DNA of 64,000 nucleotides from Candidatus Saccharimonadota bacterium (GCA_050486185.1 JBJHCT010000001.1:82216-146215), one strand, 5' to 3'. Positions 1 to 9,867 are shown, counted from the stretch's first letter. The notes: generated from the sequence alone by a model not told the origin. Numbers and translations are program-made.

Positions 1-251
1 TTATTAGAGGCCCATTCCTGTTTGAAGCTATCTTAGATGGCTTGCTTGCAGCCACTATTAGTCTAGGTTTAATCTATGCTCTACTTAATAGAGGAGCTAC
101 CAGGATAGTAAATGACTTTATTAGCTTTGATGGCACGATTGCTTTCTTCTCTGAGCAGTGGCCATTAGTAGTGCTTGCTACCTTGGCTGCAGGAGCTTTG
201 ATTGGCGTTATCTCTTCTATGATGGCCATGGTTAGATACCTAAAGCTTTAG
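1..251 (+). CDS. 3' fragment of an FtsX-like permease; the frame is open to the window start (C-terminal transmembrane region)
   Basis: Frame is open from position 3 through the listed ORF at 42..251. The hydrophobic C-terminal segment has an FtsX-like topology. It lies immediately upstream of a coiled-coil CHAP hydrolase, the FtsEX-PcsB arrangement. Confidence 0.45.
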   Translation, partial: IRGPFLFEAILDGLLAATISLGLIYALLNRGATRIVNDFISFDGTIAFFSEQWPLVVLATLAAGALIGVISSMMAMVRYLKL

Positions 252-500
252 TCTTATTTAGCTAATTAAGTAGATTTATAAAGCTTAATACTTATAGGCC
301 TTTACTACTATATTGCTTGTGTTATAATCTAATGCGCTGCCAATTTCCATTGATTACCGTCTGATACTGAGCACATCTATTAATCATTAAGAATCCGATT
401 TCGTTACACACATCTATATAAGCTTAAGAACCATTGATTTATTAATAATAATTTGATAATATTTTGGAGTAATATACTAATGTTTAATATTAGTGAAAGT

Positions 501-1670
501 ATGAAAACAAAAACAAAAAAATTAAAGTCTATTATTGCTATATTCTTAGCACTAGTTTTAGTGCTTGGTTTTTATACTGATACTTTTGCGCAAAGCTTGG
601 GGGATTTACAGCGCGAAATCGAAAGATTAAACGAAGATATATCTGATTCTGAGAAACAGATCCAAGAACTTAGAGAGAAGGAAGACACTCTACAGAACCG
701 TCTAGCTATCCTCAATGCTGAGGCCAGTCAATTGCAGTCTGAAATTAATCGTACCGAGAGACAGATCAAAGATGTTCAAGCTGAAATTAAACAAAAAGAA
801 GAAGAATTAGATCGCACTAAGGAGCTGATTCAAGAAAATGCCAAGATTCTCTACAAGCAGGGCAATCCATCTACTATCGAGGTACTGTTTTCTAGTGAAA
901 ACTTTACAGACTTCATTAATCGACGCGAATATTTAGATAGAGTAAAAGCTAGTCTTAACGATGCTGCTAAAGAAGCAGTAGCTATTAAGGAAGATCTAGA
1001 AGAGAAAGAGAGTGATTTAGAGGTTAAATCTAGCGAACTAAATATGCAGAAGCGACAGCTATCATCTAGGCAAGATGAGCAGCGTAGATTGATTGCTGAA
1101 ACTAGGGGGCAAGAAGCTCGATACCAAGAGCTAGTAGCCCAACAACAAAAGGATTTAAAGGAAGCAAGAAGAAGATTAGCCCAAGAGCTAGCTGCTAGAC
1201 AGAGCAACATAGTTTCTGGTGGTACTGGCGGTTATCCATACGCCAATGTATCTCCATGGAGTTTTAATATGTGCTACCCAGATCCATGGGGTATGTGTCA
1301 GAGACATTGCACTTCATATACAGCCTGGAAGGTACATGCAGATTATCTGGCCGGTAAAGTGCGATTTAATATGCCTAATTGGGGCGGATTTGGTAATGCA
1401 CATCAATGGATAGGTAACGCGCAAAACATGAATATACCAACAGGTAGTACGCCTAAAGTTGGTGCTGTAGCTATTGATCCTAACGTAGGTTGCGTAGGTG
1501 GAACATGTTATGGCCACACAATGTACGTGGAAGAGGTACTTTCCAGTAATACTATAAGGATTAGTCAGTACAACGCCCTAACGGATTCAGCAGGTAATTT
1601 TACCGGTACATATAGTGAGGCTACAGTTAATACTTCAGGATTAACCTTTATCTACTTCCAAGACTGGTAG
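501..1670 (+). CDS. PcsB-like secreted peptidoglycan hydrolase: signal peptide, long coiled-coil, C-terminal CHAP amidase/peptidase domain
   Basis: Likely start is MKTKTKK at 501, followed by a signal-peptide-like hydrophobic stretch. An EL/Q-rich heptad coiled coil spans about 250 aa. The C-terminus has Cys/His CHAP-type motifs (MCYPDPWGMC...GHTMYVEEV). Confidence 0.6.
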   Translation: MKTKTKKLKSIIAIFLALVLVLGFYTDTFAQSLGDLQREIERLNEDISDSEKQIQELREKEDTLQNRLAILNAEASQLQSEINRTERQIKDVQAEIKQKEEELDRTKELIQENAKILYKQGNPSTIEVLFSSENFTDFINRREYLDRVKASLNDAAKEAVAIKEDLEEKESDLEVKSSELNMQKRQLSSRQDEQRRLIAETRGQEARYQELVAQQQKDLKEARRRLAQELAARQSNIVSGGTGGYPYANVSPWSFNMCYPDPWGMCQRHCTSYTAWKVHADYLAGKVRFNMPNWGGFGNAHQWIGNAQNMNIPTGSTPKVGAVAIDPNVGCVGGTCYGHTMYVEEVLSSNTIRISQYNALTDSAGNFTGTYSEATVNTSGLTFIYFQDW

Positions 1671-1723
1671 AATAAAATAAATTGTCACAGATAACGACTT
1701 TTATTTAGCTAAATGCTACAATA

Positions 1724-2953
1724 ATGCTCATGCATAACGACGATCCAGTGGTTGAGTTGAGGCCCTCTAAGTCTAGGAATTTTACCCTAGCCTCAGTAGT
1801 AGCTATAGCCATATTAGTTGGTTCTTTGGGTTTTGTCCTAGGAGCTAATATCAATCAACTAAGCGTAGGTCAATATGATAGTGAAAATGAACACCTACCA
1901 GAAAAACTAGACTATTCCTCAGTAGATAGATTGTACGATCTCTTGCGCCAAAACTATGCCGGAGAGTTGAATTTAGAAGATTTAATGCTAGGTCTCAAAC
2001 AAGGCTTAGTTAGTGCCACGGGGGATCCTTTCACCGAGTATCTAACATCAGAAGAAGCCGAGGAGTTTCGCAGTAGTTTAAACGGCGAATTTAGTGGTAT
2101 CGGTATTGAGATCGGTATTAGAAATAACCAGCTGGTAGTAATCGCTCCCATAACTGGCACTCCGGCCGATAGAGCCGGTCTAAGGGCTGGAGACAAGATA
2201 CTAGCTATAGATAGCGAAGATACTACAGATATGAACCTACAGACAGCGGTAAGCAGTATCAGGGGGGATGAGGGTACGGATGTAGTGCTGAGCATCGGTA
2301 GAAACGGAGAAGATATTCAAGACATCACCGTCACCAGAGGCTTAATAGAGGTCCCTAGCGTTGAAGCAGAGATTTTAGAGGATGGTATTGGTTATATACG
2401 TATTAACCGTTTTGGCGATCATACGGCTAGAGATTTCCGCCAGGCTGCAGCTGGGCTTACAGATGATGGAGTTAGCAGGATAGTGTTAGATATGCGCAAT
2501 AATCCAGGTGGATATTTCGATGCGGCTGTAGCTGTAGCTAGTGAGTTTCTAGAAACTGGAGAAGTTGTGGTTGAGGAAAGACGAGGAGGTGACGTGATTG
2601 CCACTGAACGCGCTAGGAGTAGCGGCAGCCTAATAGGTTTAGAGGTAGTAGTTCTAGTGAATGGTGGTTCAGCTAGTTCATCAGAGATTGTAGCAGGTGC
2701 CCTAGCAGATCATGAAGTAGCTGTAGTCGTTGGTGAACAGACTTTTGGCAAAGGTAGTGTGCAACAGTTAGTAGATGTTGGTGATGGTAGTATGCTTCGA
2801 GTAACTATAGCTAATTGGTATACTCCCAAAGGTCTTAATATTGGTGACGGTGGTATTACCCCTGATGAGGTAGTGGAGATGAGTCAGGAAGATTACGATA
2901 TGGATCGTGATCCACAGCTTCAAAGAGCTATAGAGATATTACTCAACAGTTAA
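1724..2953 (+). CDS. C-terminal processing (tail-specific) S41 peptidase with PDZ domain
   Basis: N-terminal transmembrane anchor. PDZ segment GIGIEIG...ITGTPADRAGLRAGDKILAID. S41 catalytic-region motifs LVNGGSASSSEIVAGAL and FGKGSVQ. Confidence 0.8.
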   Translation: MLMHNDDPVVELRPSKSRNFTLASVVAIAILVGSLGFVLGANINQLSVGQYDSENEHLPEKLDYSSVDRLYDLLRQNYAGELNLEDLMLGLKQGLVSATGDPFTEYLTSEEAEEFRSSLNGEFSGIGIEIGIRNNQLVVIAPITGTPADRAGLRAGDKILAIDSEDTTDMNLQTAVSSIRGDEGTDVVLSIGRNGEDIQDITVTRGLIEVPSVEAEILEDGIGYIRINRFGDHTARDFRQAAAGLTDDGVSRIVLDMRNNPGGYFDAAVAVASEFLETGEVVVEERRGGDVIATERARSSGSLIGLEVVVLVNGGSASSSEIVAGALADHEVAVVVGEQTFGKGSVQQLVDVGDGSMLRVTIANWYTPKGLNIGDGGITPDEVVEMSQEDYDMDRDPQLQRAIEILLNS

Positions 2954-3057
2954 ACCTTAGGGTCTATAGATTCCTGCATTCAAAAATACACTAAACCACC
3001 CCTATTCTCAGCTTTATGTTAATATAGCTGTGTAAGAATCAAAAGAGGAGAGTTGTT

Positions 3058-4653
3058 TTGGCGTCTAAAGATACGAAATACATATTCGTAACAGGTGGAG
3101 TGTTGTCTGGGGTAGGCAAGGGCATTACAGCGGCTTCTATCGGCAGCATACTCAAAAGCACCGGCCTGAGTGTCAATATTCAAAAATGCGATCCATATCT
3201 CAATATGGATGCCGGTACGTTAAATCCAGCTGAGCATGGCGAGGTGTTTGTAACTGCTGATGGGGCTGAGACCGATTTAGATCTAGGCCATTATGAGCGG
3301 TTTTTAGACCAAGAGCTCAACAAGCACAGCTCCTTAATGAGTGGCCGCATACTTAATAGAGTCATCAAAGCTGAGCGAGCCGGTAAATATTTGGGTAAAA
3401 CTGTTCAGATAATTCCGCATGTTACCGACACTATACAGGATGAAATAGAGAAAGCTTCAGAAGGCTATGATGTCCATATTGTCGAGATAGGTGGCACGGT
3501 CGGGGATTATGAGGGCTTGAGTTTTATAGAAGCTATTCGTGAGTTTAAACAACGGGCGGGTAGAGAAAATGTGATGTATGTACATGTGGTATATATGCCT
3601 TACGTGCGAGCTTCTCGAGAGGTCAAGACTAAGCCGGCTCAAAACGCCGTTAGGATTCTTCGAGGCTACGGTATTAATCCAGACGTCTTAGTGGCTAGGA
3701 CTGAGGAAGAGGTCAAAAACGGTATATTAGATAAATTAAGTATGTTTGCTGATGTACCAAAGAGCGGTATCTGTATAGCTCCAACTGTTAGTAGTGTCTA
3801 TGAAGTGCCTTTGATTATGGATGGTATCACCAAGCATTTAGCCACCAAGCTGGGTCTAGAGCTTGGTGATATTGATCTCAAACACTGGAAGAAAGTTATA
3901 TCAGCTGCCAACAACACTTCTTTACCAACTGTAAAAATTGGTGTGGTGGCGAAGTACATGGATCATGAAGATACATACATGAGTGTTTTTGAGGCTGTTA
4001 AGTCAGCTGCCTGGAATGAAGGTTTGAGTCCGGAAATAGTTTGGATAGATGCCGAGAAGGCCGAGAAGAGACTACCTATAAAAGAGTTAGAAAGCTTAGA
4101 TGGTATTGTGGTTCCAGGTGGCTTTGGGTCAAGAGGAGTCGAGGGCAAGATCAGGGTAGCTGATTGGGCAATGAACAACAACAAACCATATTTAGGGCTG
4201 TGTCTAGGCATGCAAGTAGCAGCTATAGCTTTAGCACGTAAGGCGATCGATAGCTCGGCTAATTCTACTGAATTTGATTCTAGTACCAACTGCCCAGTCG
4301 TGAGTTTGATGGAAGAGCAAGAAGATGTGGTAGACCTAGGAGGTACTATGCGACTAGGTAATTGGGAATGTCATCTTGAGCCCAGCTCTATAGTCAGGTC
4401 TCTATATCGAAAAGATGTAATTCTTGAAAGACATAGGCACAGGTATGAGTTCAATAACAAATACAGACAACAACTGGAGTCTGCCGGTATGGTTTTCTCA
4501 GGACTATCTCCAGATAAGAGGTTAGTAGAAGTTATAGAACTAAAAGATCACCCATTCTTTGTGGCTAGTCAGTTCCATCCCGAATATACCTCTAGACCAG
4601 GTAAACCAAATCCGTTATTTAAGGGTTTTATTAAAGCCGCTAAAAGTAAATAA
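3058..4653 (+). CDS. pyrG: CTP synthase
   Basis: TTG start preceded by AAAGAGGAGAG. N-terminus YIFVTGGVLSGVGKGITAASIG. C-terminal glutamine amidotransferase region GLCLGMQ. Confidence 0.95.
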   Translation: MASKDTKYIFVTGGVLSGVGKGITAASIGSILKSTGLSVNIQKCDPYLNMDAGTLNPAEHGEVFVTADGAETDLDLGHYERFLDQELNKHSSLMSGRILNRVIKAERAGKYLGKTVQIIPHVTDTIQDEIEKASEGYDVHIVEIGGTVGDYEGLSFIEAIREFKQRAGRENVMYVHVVYMPYVRASREVKTKPAQNAVRILRGYGINPDVLVARTEEEVKNGILDKLSMFADVPKSGICIAPTVSSVYEVPLIMDGITKHLATKLGLELGDIDLKHWKKVISAANNTSLPTVKIGVVAKYMDHEDTYMSVFEAVKSAAWNEGLSPEIVWIDAEKAEKRLPIKELESLDGIVVPGGFGSRGVEGKIRVADWAMNNNKPYLGLCLGMQVAAIALARKAIDSSANSTEFDSSTNCPVVSLMEEQEDVVDLGGTMRLGNWECHLEPSSIVRSLYRKDVILERHRHRYEFNNKYRQQLESAGMVFSGLSPDKRLVEVIELKDHPFFVASQFHPEYTSRPGKPNPLFKGFIKAAKSK

Positions 4654-4758
4654 TTAATTAGCTATAAATAAAAATATCCCAAGGCGTAGGGGTAGAGCTG
4701 CTGCTGATGGTCGAAATTATCCGACCTAGAGCAGATACCCCCAGCCTCAGGAAGTTCA

Positions 4759-4956
4759 TCACCTCGACAGCAGTGCCGATCCGCTGCCACGGCTCTTCGT
4801 CGAGCTGGTGGTGGCCAAGCTGCCGTTGATCATGTCCAGGCCCGACTTGAGTTCAGGCCTCTGCTCAACGGCATCAGCAGCACTCTTCGCTTCACCACGA
4901 TTGATCATGCGAACGATCGCTCGGGCTGCCGTAACCGGCTTCTTGGTTTTTGACAT
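4759..4956 (-). CDS. Small (65 aa) basic Ala/Ser/Arg-rich protein encoded in a GC-rich island, translationally coupled to the upstream 609-aa gene
   Basis: An AGGAGA RBS overlaps the upstream TGA stop (aggagATGAcATG). GC-rich third codon positions are unlike neighbouring genes. No recognisable family. Confidence 0.45.
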   Translation of the reverse strand: MSKTKKPVTAARAIVRMINRGEAKSAADAVEQRPELKSGLDMINGSLATTSSTKSRGSGSALLSR

Positions 4957-4957
4957 G

Positions 4958-6787
4958 TCATCTCCTGATGAGAGACTCTCTGGCTATGAATACCAGAGGG
5001 TGTAGTTGGCTCGGTTTCAGTCTGTCGATGATCTCCTCAACAGCTAATAGGTTTTTATCCTCAATGGGGCCATCTTGCATCGATGACTGCCATATTAACT
5101 GAGAGGGAAATAGCTTGGCAAGGTAACGTGCTAAATTTACTCTACCATCTTTTCGCCAAGTTGCATAGTGATTAAGGTACATCGCCCCTATGGCAAATTC
5201 CGGATGACAGTACTCAGAAGTAGTATCAACCATACCTTGCTCATGGATACTGGATAGTGACACTAAACTTTTGCTGTATTGATCAGTCATAATTACGAGA
5301 GGCAGCATCTCGATGTAGCTATAGAACTTTTCTCTTGCAGAAGAGTCATAACGTATTTGCTGACAGATACTCTCCCAGGCCGATTTAAATAGCTCAACAT
5401 ATTTATCGTCTAGATCTTTTTGGCGTTTTTCATAACCATAATCTCTGACATCTTGTTTATTTTTGTAGAGTTTTTCCGCTTCAGATACAGCTTCGGTTAC
5501 TCTCATATCACCAGAAATATCTTCATACATAGCAATAACCATAAACTCAAATACATGCGATATATATTTTTTTAATATATCACTGTCTTTTGACTCAGGA
5601 TCTAGTATTTCGAATCCTCTGGTAGCTATTGATAGGATTGTTTCCTCCAGAGACTTCATTAGTAATTGAGGATTGGTGTTAATATTTTGCTCAGCAACCT
5701 CTGTTATTTGAGTGCGATTATCTCCTATATACCTAAAGCATTCAGCAAATCTTTTGTAGAAGTTAGATATAAGAGTATCTATACTGACATTTGCAACAGA
5801 ACTATTATTTTCGGGCTGCTTTAGTTGTTGGTATATTTTATCTATCTCTTCCTTGTTGATGGGAGTAGCGGCAAATATTAGCGAATAAGGATCTATCTGT
5901 ACCCAGTGCTCATCGCCATTGTCTATACGAGCCATAACACTGTGATGGAAGCTTTCCCTTCGGTGACTGCCTTGAAGTTGCTTGGGTGGGTCGAAGAAGG
6001 TATTAATAGCTGGTTCTTCTTCGACATATAGATCATTTATAAGCTGAATCTTATCGATAGTACTTAATACTTCTTGTCTTTGGAAAAATTCAGGAGCAAT
6101 TCGAGATAGATAGGCTACTATGTCCTGATGTCGTTCGGCTATAGTACCATCACTATACTTAATTTCGTTGGCAAACATATAGTCTAAACCCAATTCTTCG
6201 CAGGCTGCAGAAACAGCAATTGTTATACCTAAGCAATTGACGTAGTCACCATTAGGCCACTGACCGACTCTTACAGGCGAGGGGGATTCAGGGTCTTGTT
6301 CTAAATCTGTAATATTAATCTCATTATCTGCGATTTCAGGATGATGTTCGTGCCAGTTAGCACTATGCGTTAGTAAGTAGATAGCAAAAATAGATGCAGA
6401 AGTATCTTCAAGGCCAGGATTATTTTCTACTATTCTATCCTTAAAGTAATAAAAGTCCTCAGTTTGAGTTAGGTTTCTAGCTTTATCTATTAGAGACCTG
6501 CCAAGAAGTCTAACTTTAGCTATATTGACGATATCTTCATAACTGTATTCATCTGCTCTAGGTGGGCGTATAAATTCTACTTTGGCGATAGGGTCTTCGC
6601 AGTGGTATTCCTCTTGCTGTTCGGAATTAGTTATGGCGTCTTGATACTCTTGAACAAGCTCATGTATATGGGTGTCGTCGCAATGGTAATCTTCATCCAG
6701 AGCGCTAGAATAAGCCTCTTGCAATAGCTGATCAAACTCCACATTAGTATCTAACTCCGGCCTTCCGGCAATAGTTTCAAAACTCAT
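4958..6787 (-). CDS. Hypothetical 609-aa acidic cytoplasmic protein with no recognisable family
   Basis: Long uninterrupted ORF with host-like codon usage. No motifs I can assign. Confidence 0.6.
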   Translation of the reverse strand: MSFETIAGRPELDTNVEFDQLLQEAYSSALDEDYHCDDTHIHELVQEYQDAITNSEQQEEYHCEDPIAKVEFIRPPRADEYSYEDIVNIAKVRLLGRSLIDKARNLTQTEDFYYFKDRIVENNPGLEDTSASIFAIYLLTHSANWHEHHPEIADNEINITDLEQDPESPSPVRVGQWPNGDYVNCLGITIAVSAACEELGLDYMFANEIKYSDGTIAERHQDIVAYLSRIAPEFFQRQEVLSTIDKIQLINDLYVEEEPAINTFFDPPKQLQGSHRRESFHHSVMARIDNGDEHWVQIDPYSLIFAATPINKEEIDKIYQQLKQPENNSSVANVSIDTLISNFYKRFAECFRYIGDNRTQITEVAEQNINTNPQLLMKSLEETILSIATRGFEILDPESKDSDILKKYISHVFEFMVIAMYEDISGDMRVTEAVSEAEKLYKNKQDVRDYGYEKRQKDLDDKYVELFKSAWESICQQIRYDSSAREKFYSYIEMLPLVIMTDQYSKSLVSLSSIHEQGMVDTTSEYCHPEFAIGAMYLNHYATWRKDGRVNLARYLAKLFPSQLIWQSSMQDGPIEDKNLLAVEEIIDRLKPSQLHPLVFIARESLIRR

Positions 6788-6876
6788 AATCCATATACTA
6801 TAAAATATTTATATAAATTAGTCCACCTATTAAACACTTGCGCTAAAGTGACATAAGCGCTAGGATTAAATACAAG

Positions 6877-7272
6877 ATGGATATAGCAGGAACCAAAAAA
6901 ACCAAAAAGAAAATCCTTTTAGTTGAGGACGATACTGGGCTAGCCTCAGTTTACCAAGCTAGGCTAGAGGCCGAAGGTTTTGAGGTCTATCACTGCGACA
7001 ACGGCGAGTCAGCTTTAAGTGATGCTATTAAATACCAGCCAGACCTAATATTACTAGATGTGATGATGCCTAAAATCAGCGGCTTTGATGTATTGGATAT
7101 CTTGCACAACACTCCAGAGACTAACGGTATCAAAATTGTGATGCTAACAGCCCTATCACAAGATAGCGATAAAGAGCGAGCTGAAGAGCTAGGCGCAGAT
7201 GATTACTTAGTTAAGTCGCAAGTAGTTATAGCTGATGTTATCTCTCGCATCAAACATCATTTGAATATGTAA
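6877..7272 (+). CDS. Stand-alone response-regulator receiver (REC) domain protein
   Basis: LLVEDD...LILLDVMMPKISGFDVL...KIVMLTA...LGADDYLVKS, with no output domain. Paralogous to the REC part of 51779..52636. Confidence 0.8.
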   Translation: MDIAGTKKTKKKILLVEDDTGLASVYQARLEAEGFEVYHCDNGESALSDAIKYQPDLILLDVMMPKISGFDVLDILHNTPETNGIKIVMLTALSQDSDKERAEELGADDYLVKSQVVIADVISRIKHHLNM

Positions 7273-7407
7273 AGTAACCATCAGATATAAGCATCTATAG
7301 GGGAGTAGGCTGTTTTTTGGTTGGGGCAACTAAGTTGACATTATGTAAAACTTATGCTAATAATATAGACATCAATTAAATCTAAAAATAAAAAAGGAAA
7401 TACAAAT

Positions 7408-7677
7408 ATGTCAGAGCTAATTACTCACGTCCCAGGTTTCGAATCAGACGATCATCAAAATCAACCCTCTGTAAATGAAGGGCGAGTAACAGAAGTAGAC
7501 CTATCGGAAGCAGATAAGGCTAGAATTAAGGCCAGAACTTTGGATGGTGAGAATATTATGCGGGCTGCCGCAGATAGCATTGCTGTTAATAAAGAACAAC
7601 TCGTTCTAGATGCCTCAGAGGATCAACCTGAAGGCGATCAACCCGAAATCATAACAAATGTACCTAGGGCTGAATAG
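7408..7677 (+). CDS. Hypothetical small acidic protein
   Basis: ORF only, co-directional with the FHA gene downstream. Confidence 0.35.
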   Translation: MSELITHVPGFESDDHQNQPSVNEGRVTEVDLSEADKARIKARTLDGENIMRAAADSIAVNKEQLVLDASEDQPEGDQPEIITNVPRAE

Positions 7678-7704
7678 ATAACTTGAGTCAAGGGAATTAA
7701 TGAA

Positions 7705-8382
7705 ATGCCTAAACATGAACGTAAACCAAGTACAGATACTGAAGATCAAAGCTACCCAGATGAATCTCTGAGTCGCTTAGCTGCTATGCGCCATGAAGCT
7801 GGGCAGAGAGTATATGAAGATGTTACTAGGCAGTTACAGTCTGATCGAAACCTGGAAGTACGAAAATTAGAGAGCAAGACTTCTTTTAGTTTTGACTCAG
7901 AAAAACATGGCTTTGCAGCGAGCTCAGAAAATGAAAGCAAGGGTGTGTTCCAAAGATTAGCTATGGTAATTAGAGCCGGGAACCAGATGTTTGCGGTTTC
8001 AAAAATAGAAGTTCAGGGCGAGTCTTTATGGGGTATATCAGTAGTCGGCGAAGGTGACGACGATAGAGCAAGATTTATAGCTCCTTTGCGACCTTTAGAA
8101 TCTCAAAACTCTACTGCTACATACTCTTTTGGTAGGGAGTTTTTAGGGGAAGTATCTAGTAGTAATCCAGACATGAGCAGTAGGCATTTTAATATATTTG
8201 TAGGTAGCGATTCGCAAGAACCAAGAATATCGGTAATGGATATAGACTCCACTAATGGAACCTATATTGCTACGAAGGCAACCGAGTCAGATCCAAGCAA
8301 GAATACAGCCCCTATCAGTGAGAGTTTGAGATGGTCGGTTCCGTCTGATGAGCTAATAACCCTAGTTGGCTCAGAAGCTTAG
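7705..8382 (+). CDS. FHA-domain protein
   Basis: C-terminal FHA-like segment RHFNIFVGSDSQEPRISVMDIDSTNGTYI (S-x-NGT signature). Confidence 0.55.
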   Translation: MPKHERKPSTDTEDQSYPDESLSRLAAMRHEAGQRVYEDVTRQLQSDRNLEVRKLESKTSFSFDSEKHGFAASSENESKGVFQRLAMVIRAGNQMFAVSKIEVQGESLWGISVVGEGDDDRARFIAPLRPLESQNSTATYSFGREFLGEVSSSNPDMSSRHFNIFVGSDSQEPRISVMDIDSTNGTYIATKATESDPSKNTAPISESLRWSVPSDELITLVGSEA

Positions 8383-8395
8383 CTTTAGGCTAGAC

Positions 8396-8668
8396 CTAAA
8401 CTACCTTGACCATAGTTCGAGGTACACGGTGACCGCTAAAGCGTTTCTTTCTGGTTTTAAGAAACTCTACCTTGCCATCTTTAGTAGCGTAAATAGTGTG
8501 GTCGCGTCCATAGGCTGTGCCTTCACCGGCAATTTTACTGCTGCCACGTTGGCGCACTAGTACTGCACCGGCCTTGACTTCCTCTCCGGCAAATAACTTT
8601 ACACCTAGTCGTTGACCGGGTGAGTCCTTTAGATTTGAGGCTGAACCGCCTGATTTAGTTTTACTCAT
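8396..8668 (-). CDS. rpmA: 50S ribosomal protein L27
   Basis: GGSASNLKDSPGQRLGVKLFAGEEVKAGAVLVRQRGSSKIAGEGTAYGRDHTIYATKDGKVEF matches the L27 core. Confidence 0.9.
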   Translation of the reverse strand: MSKTKSGGSASNLKDSPGQRLGVKLFAGEEVKAGAVLVRQRGSSKIAGEGTAYGRDHTIYATKDGKVEFLKTRKKRFSGHRVPRTMVKVV

Positions 8669-9818
8669 TTGAAATAGTCTCCAAAAGTATTATGTATCTT
8701 CCGACAAACTGATCTTCTCTACGATAAAGTAGCCCAGTGTCGGATTTATTTAACAGTAGCCGATTATAACCAAGCGCCTCTATATTGTCAATTATTTCAG
8801 GCAGGATAGTCTCTGAACCGCTTTTCCAGGCCGGTAGAGCTAGGCACAACTTGGAGTTAGCTGGCAGTTGGTTCTTTATATTAATTAAAACTGCTTTCAT
8901 CAACTCAGATGACTCACTAGCCAGTTTTTCAAGCTCATCTTTACTAGTTACTGTTTTGATAATTGGGCCTAAATACCCTTCGGTAACTATAGTATCGACT
9001 GCTTGAGGTAATTTAACCTCTCTTGCATCGACAACCCCTAACTCTTGAGGCTTAGCAGTATTAAACTCATTACTGAGCCAATCTAGATTCTGTCTAGAGC
9101 AGTTAATCATTTTACTATCTATATCAGACCCTCCGGTCTTTTTGCCCATCAACAAGGCTTCTTGCAAGATAACGCCACTACCACAGAAGGGGTCGAATAT
9201 ATATTCTCCTCCGGCTAGATTGATCATAATCTGGGCTAGTTTAGGTGGCAGCATACCGGTCTGCATATCTCGGCAGGGTCTATCCATGTCTCTATGGGTA
9301 TAGCTGTCGATATCTTGCACCCAAGTTGTTCTAGCGATAAAGGTATCGCTTTTGCCTATGCTGATGAGTATCTCGTAGTCGTTATCTTCTACTAGTGAGT
9401 TATGGATAACCTGAGCAGAGGATAGCTCCTGGTTTTTTGCTAGAACTACCCTAGGCTTATAGCCCTCCTGACGTAGCTGTTTTTTTAGTGATAAGCAGAT
9501 AGCTTGATAGTTATCGATTTTGCCGCCATAGAAGCTGATGCCTAAGTTGAATTTTGACTCTGGTAAATCTAGCTGACTGGCTAGTTCTTGGTGCAAATAT
9601 TCAACAATCGCATCTATGTCATTTGTAGGTAGGGTAGTGATGAGTTGACCAACCTTGCTACTACCTCCTAGGTGCTGGTAGATATCCCCATCGAACGTAG
9701 CAGTACTAGATGTATGCAAGTCAACATCTGGGCCATAAACCGCTCTTAGCTCCGCTAGAGACAGTTTGGAGCTATGTCCGAGTATACTTAAGTGCTTCAT
9801 TAGGCTTAATACTAGCAT
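8661..9818 (-). CDS. THUMP-domain class I SAM-dependent RNA (guanine-N2-type) methyltransferase (RlmL/Trm14-like)
   Basis: DPFCGSGVILQEA, the SAM motif I of THUMP methyltransferases, and an N6/N2 MTase-type motif IV. An alternative start is the internal Met (MKHLS) at 9800. Confidence 0.55.
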   Translation of the reverse strand: MLVLSLMKHLSILGHSSKLSLAELRAVYGPDVDLHTSSTATFDGDIYQHLGGSSKVGQLITTLPTNDIDAIVEYLHQELASQLDLPESKFNLGISFYGGKIDNYQAICLSLKKQLRQEGYKPRVVLAKNQELSSAQVIHNSLVEDNDYEILISIGKSDTFIARTTWVQDIDSYTHRDMDRPCRDMQTGMLPPKLAQIMINLAGGEYIFDPFCGSGVILQEALLMGKKTGGSDIDSKMINCSRQNLDWLSNEFNTAKPQELGVVDAREVKLPQAVDTIVTEGYLGPIIKTVTSKDELEKLASESSELMKAVLINIKNQLPANSKLCLALPAWKSGSETILPEIIDNIEALGYNRLLLNKSDTGLLYRREDQFVGRYIILLETISNE

Positions 9819-9867
9819 ATATCTTCTTAGCTACTTTTATTTAAGCCCTATGGTTATATAATGGAGT

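Noticed and set aside
851-1517. Antisense and out-of-frame ORFs inside the PcsB-like gene (851..1210 -, 1219..1413 +, 1314..1517 -)
   Set aside because: They lie entirely within a well-supported coiled-coil/CHAP CDS, and their Cys/Ser/Leu-rich translations are typical shadow ORFs.
4680-4960. GC-rich island interpreted as a structured RNA (tmRNA, RNase P or SRP)
   Set aside because: No tRNA-like ends, no tag-peptide reading frame, and no RNase P P4 or SRP domain IV consensus seen. A perfectly placed RBS and start coupled to the upstream stop, plus codon periodicity, favour a protein-coding small ORF. An Rfam scan would settle it.
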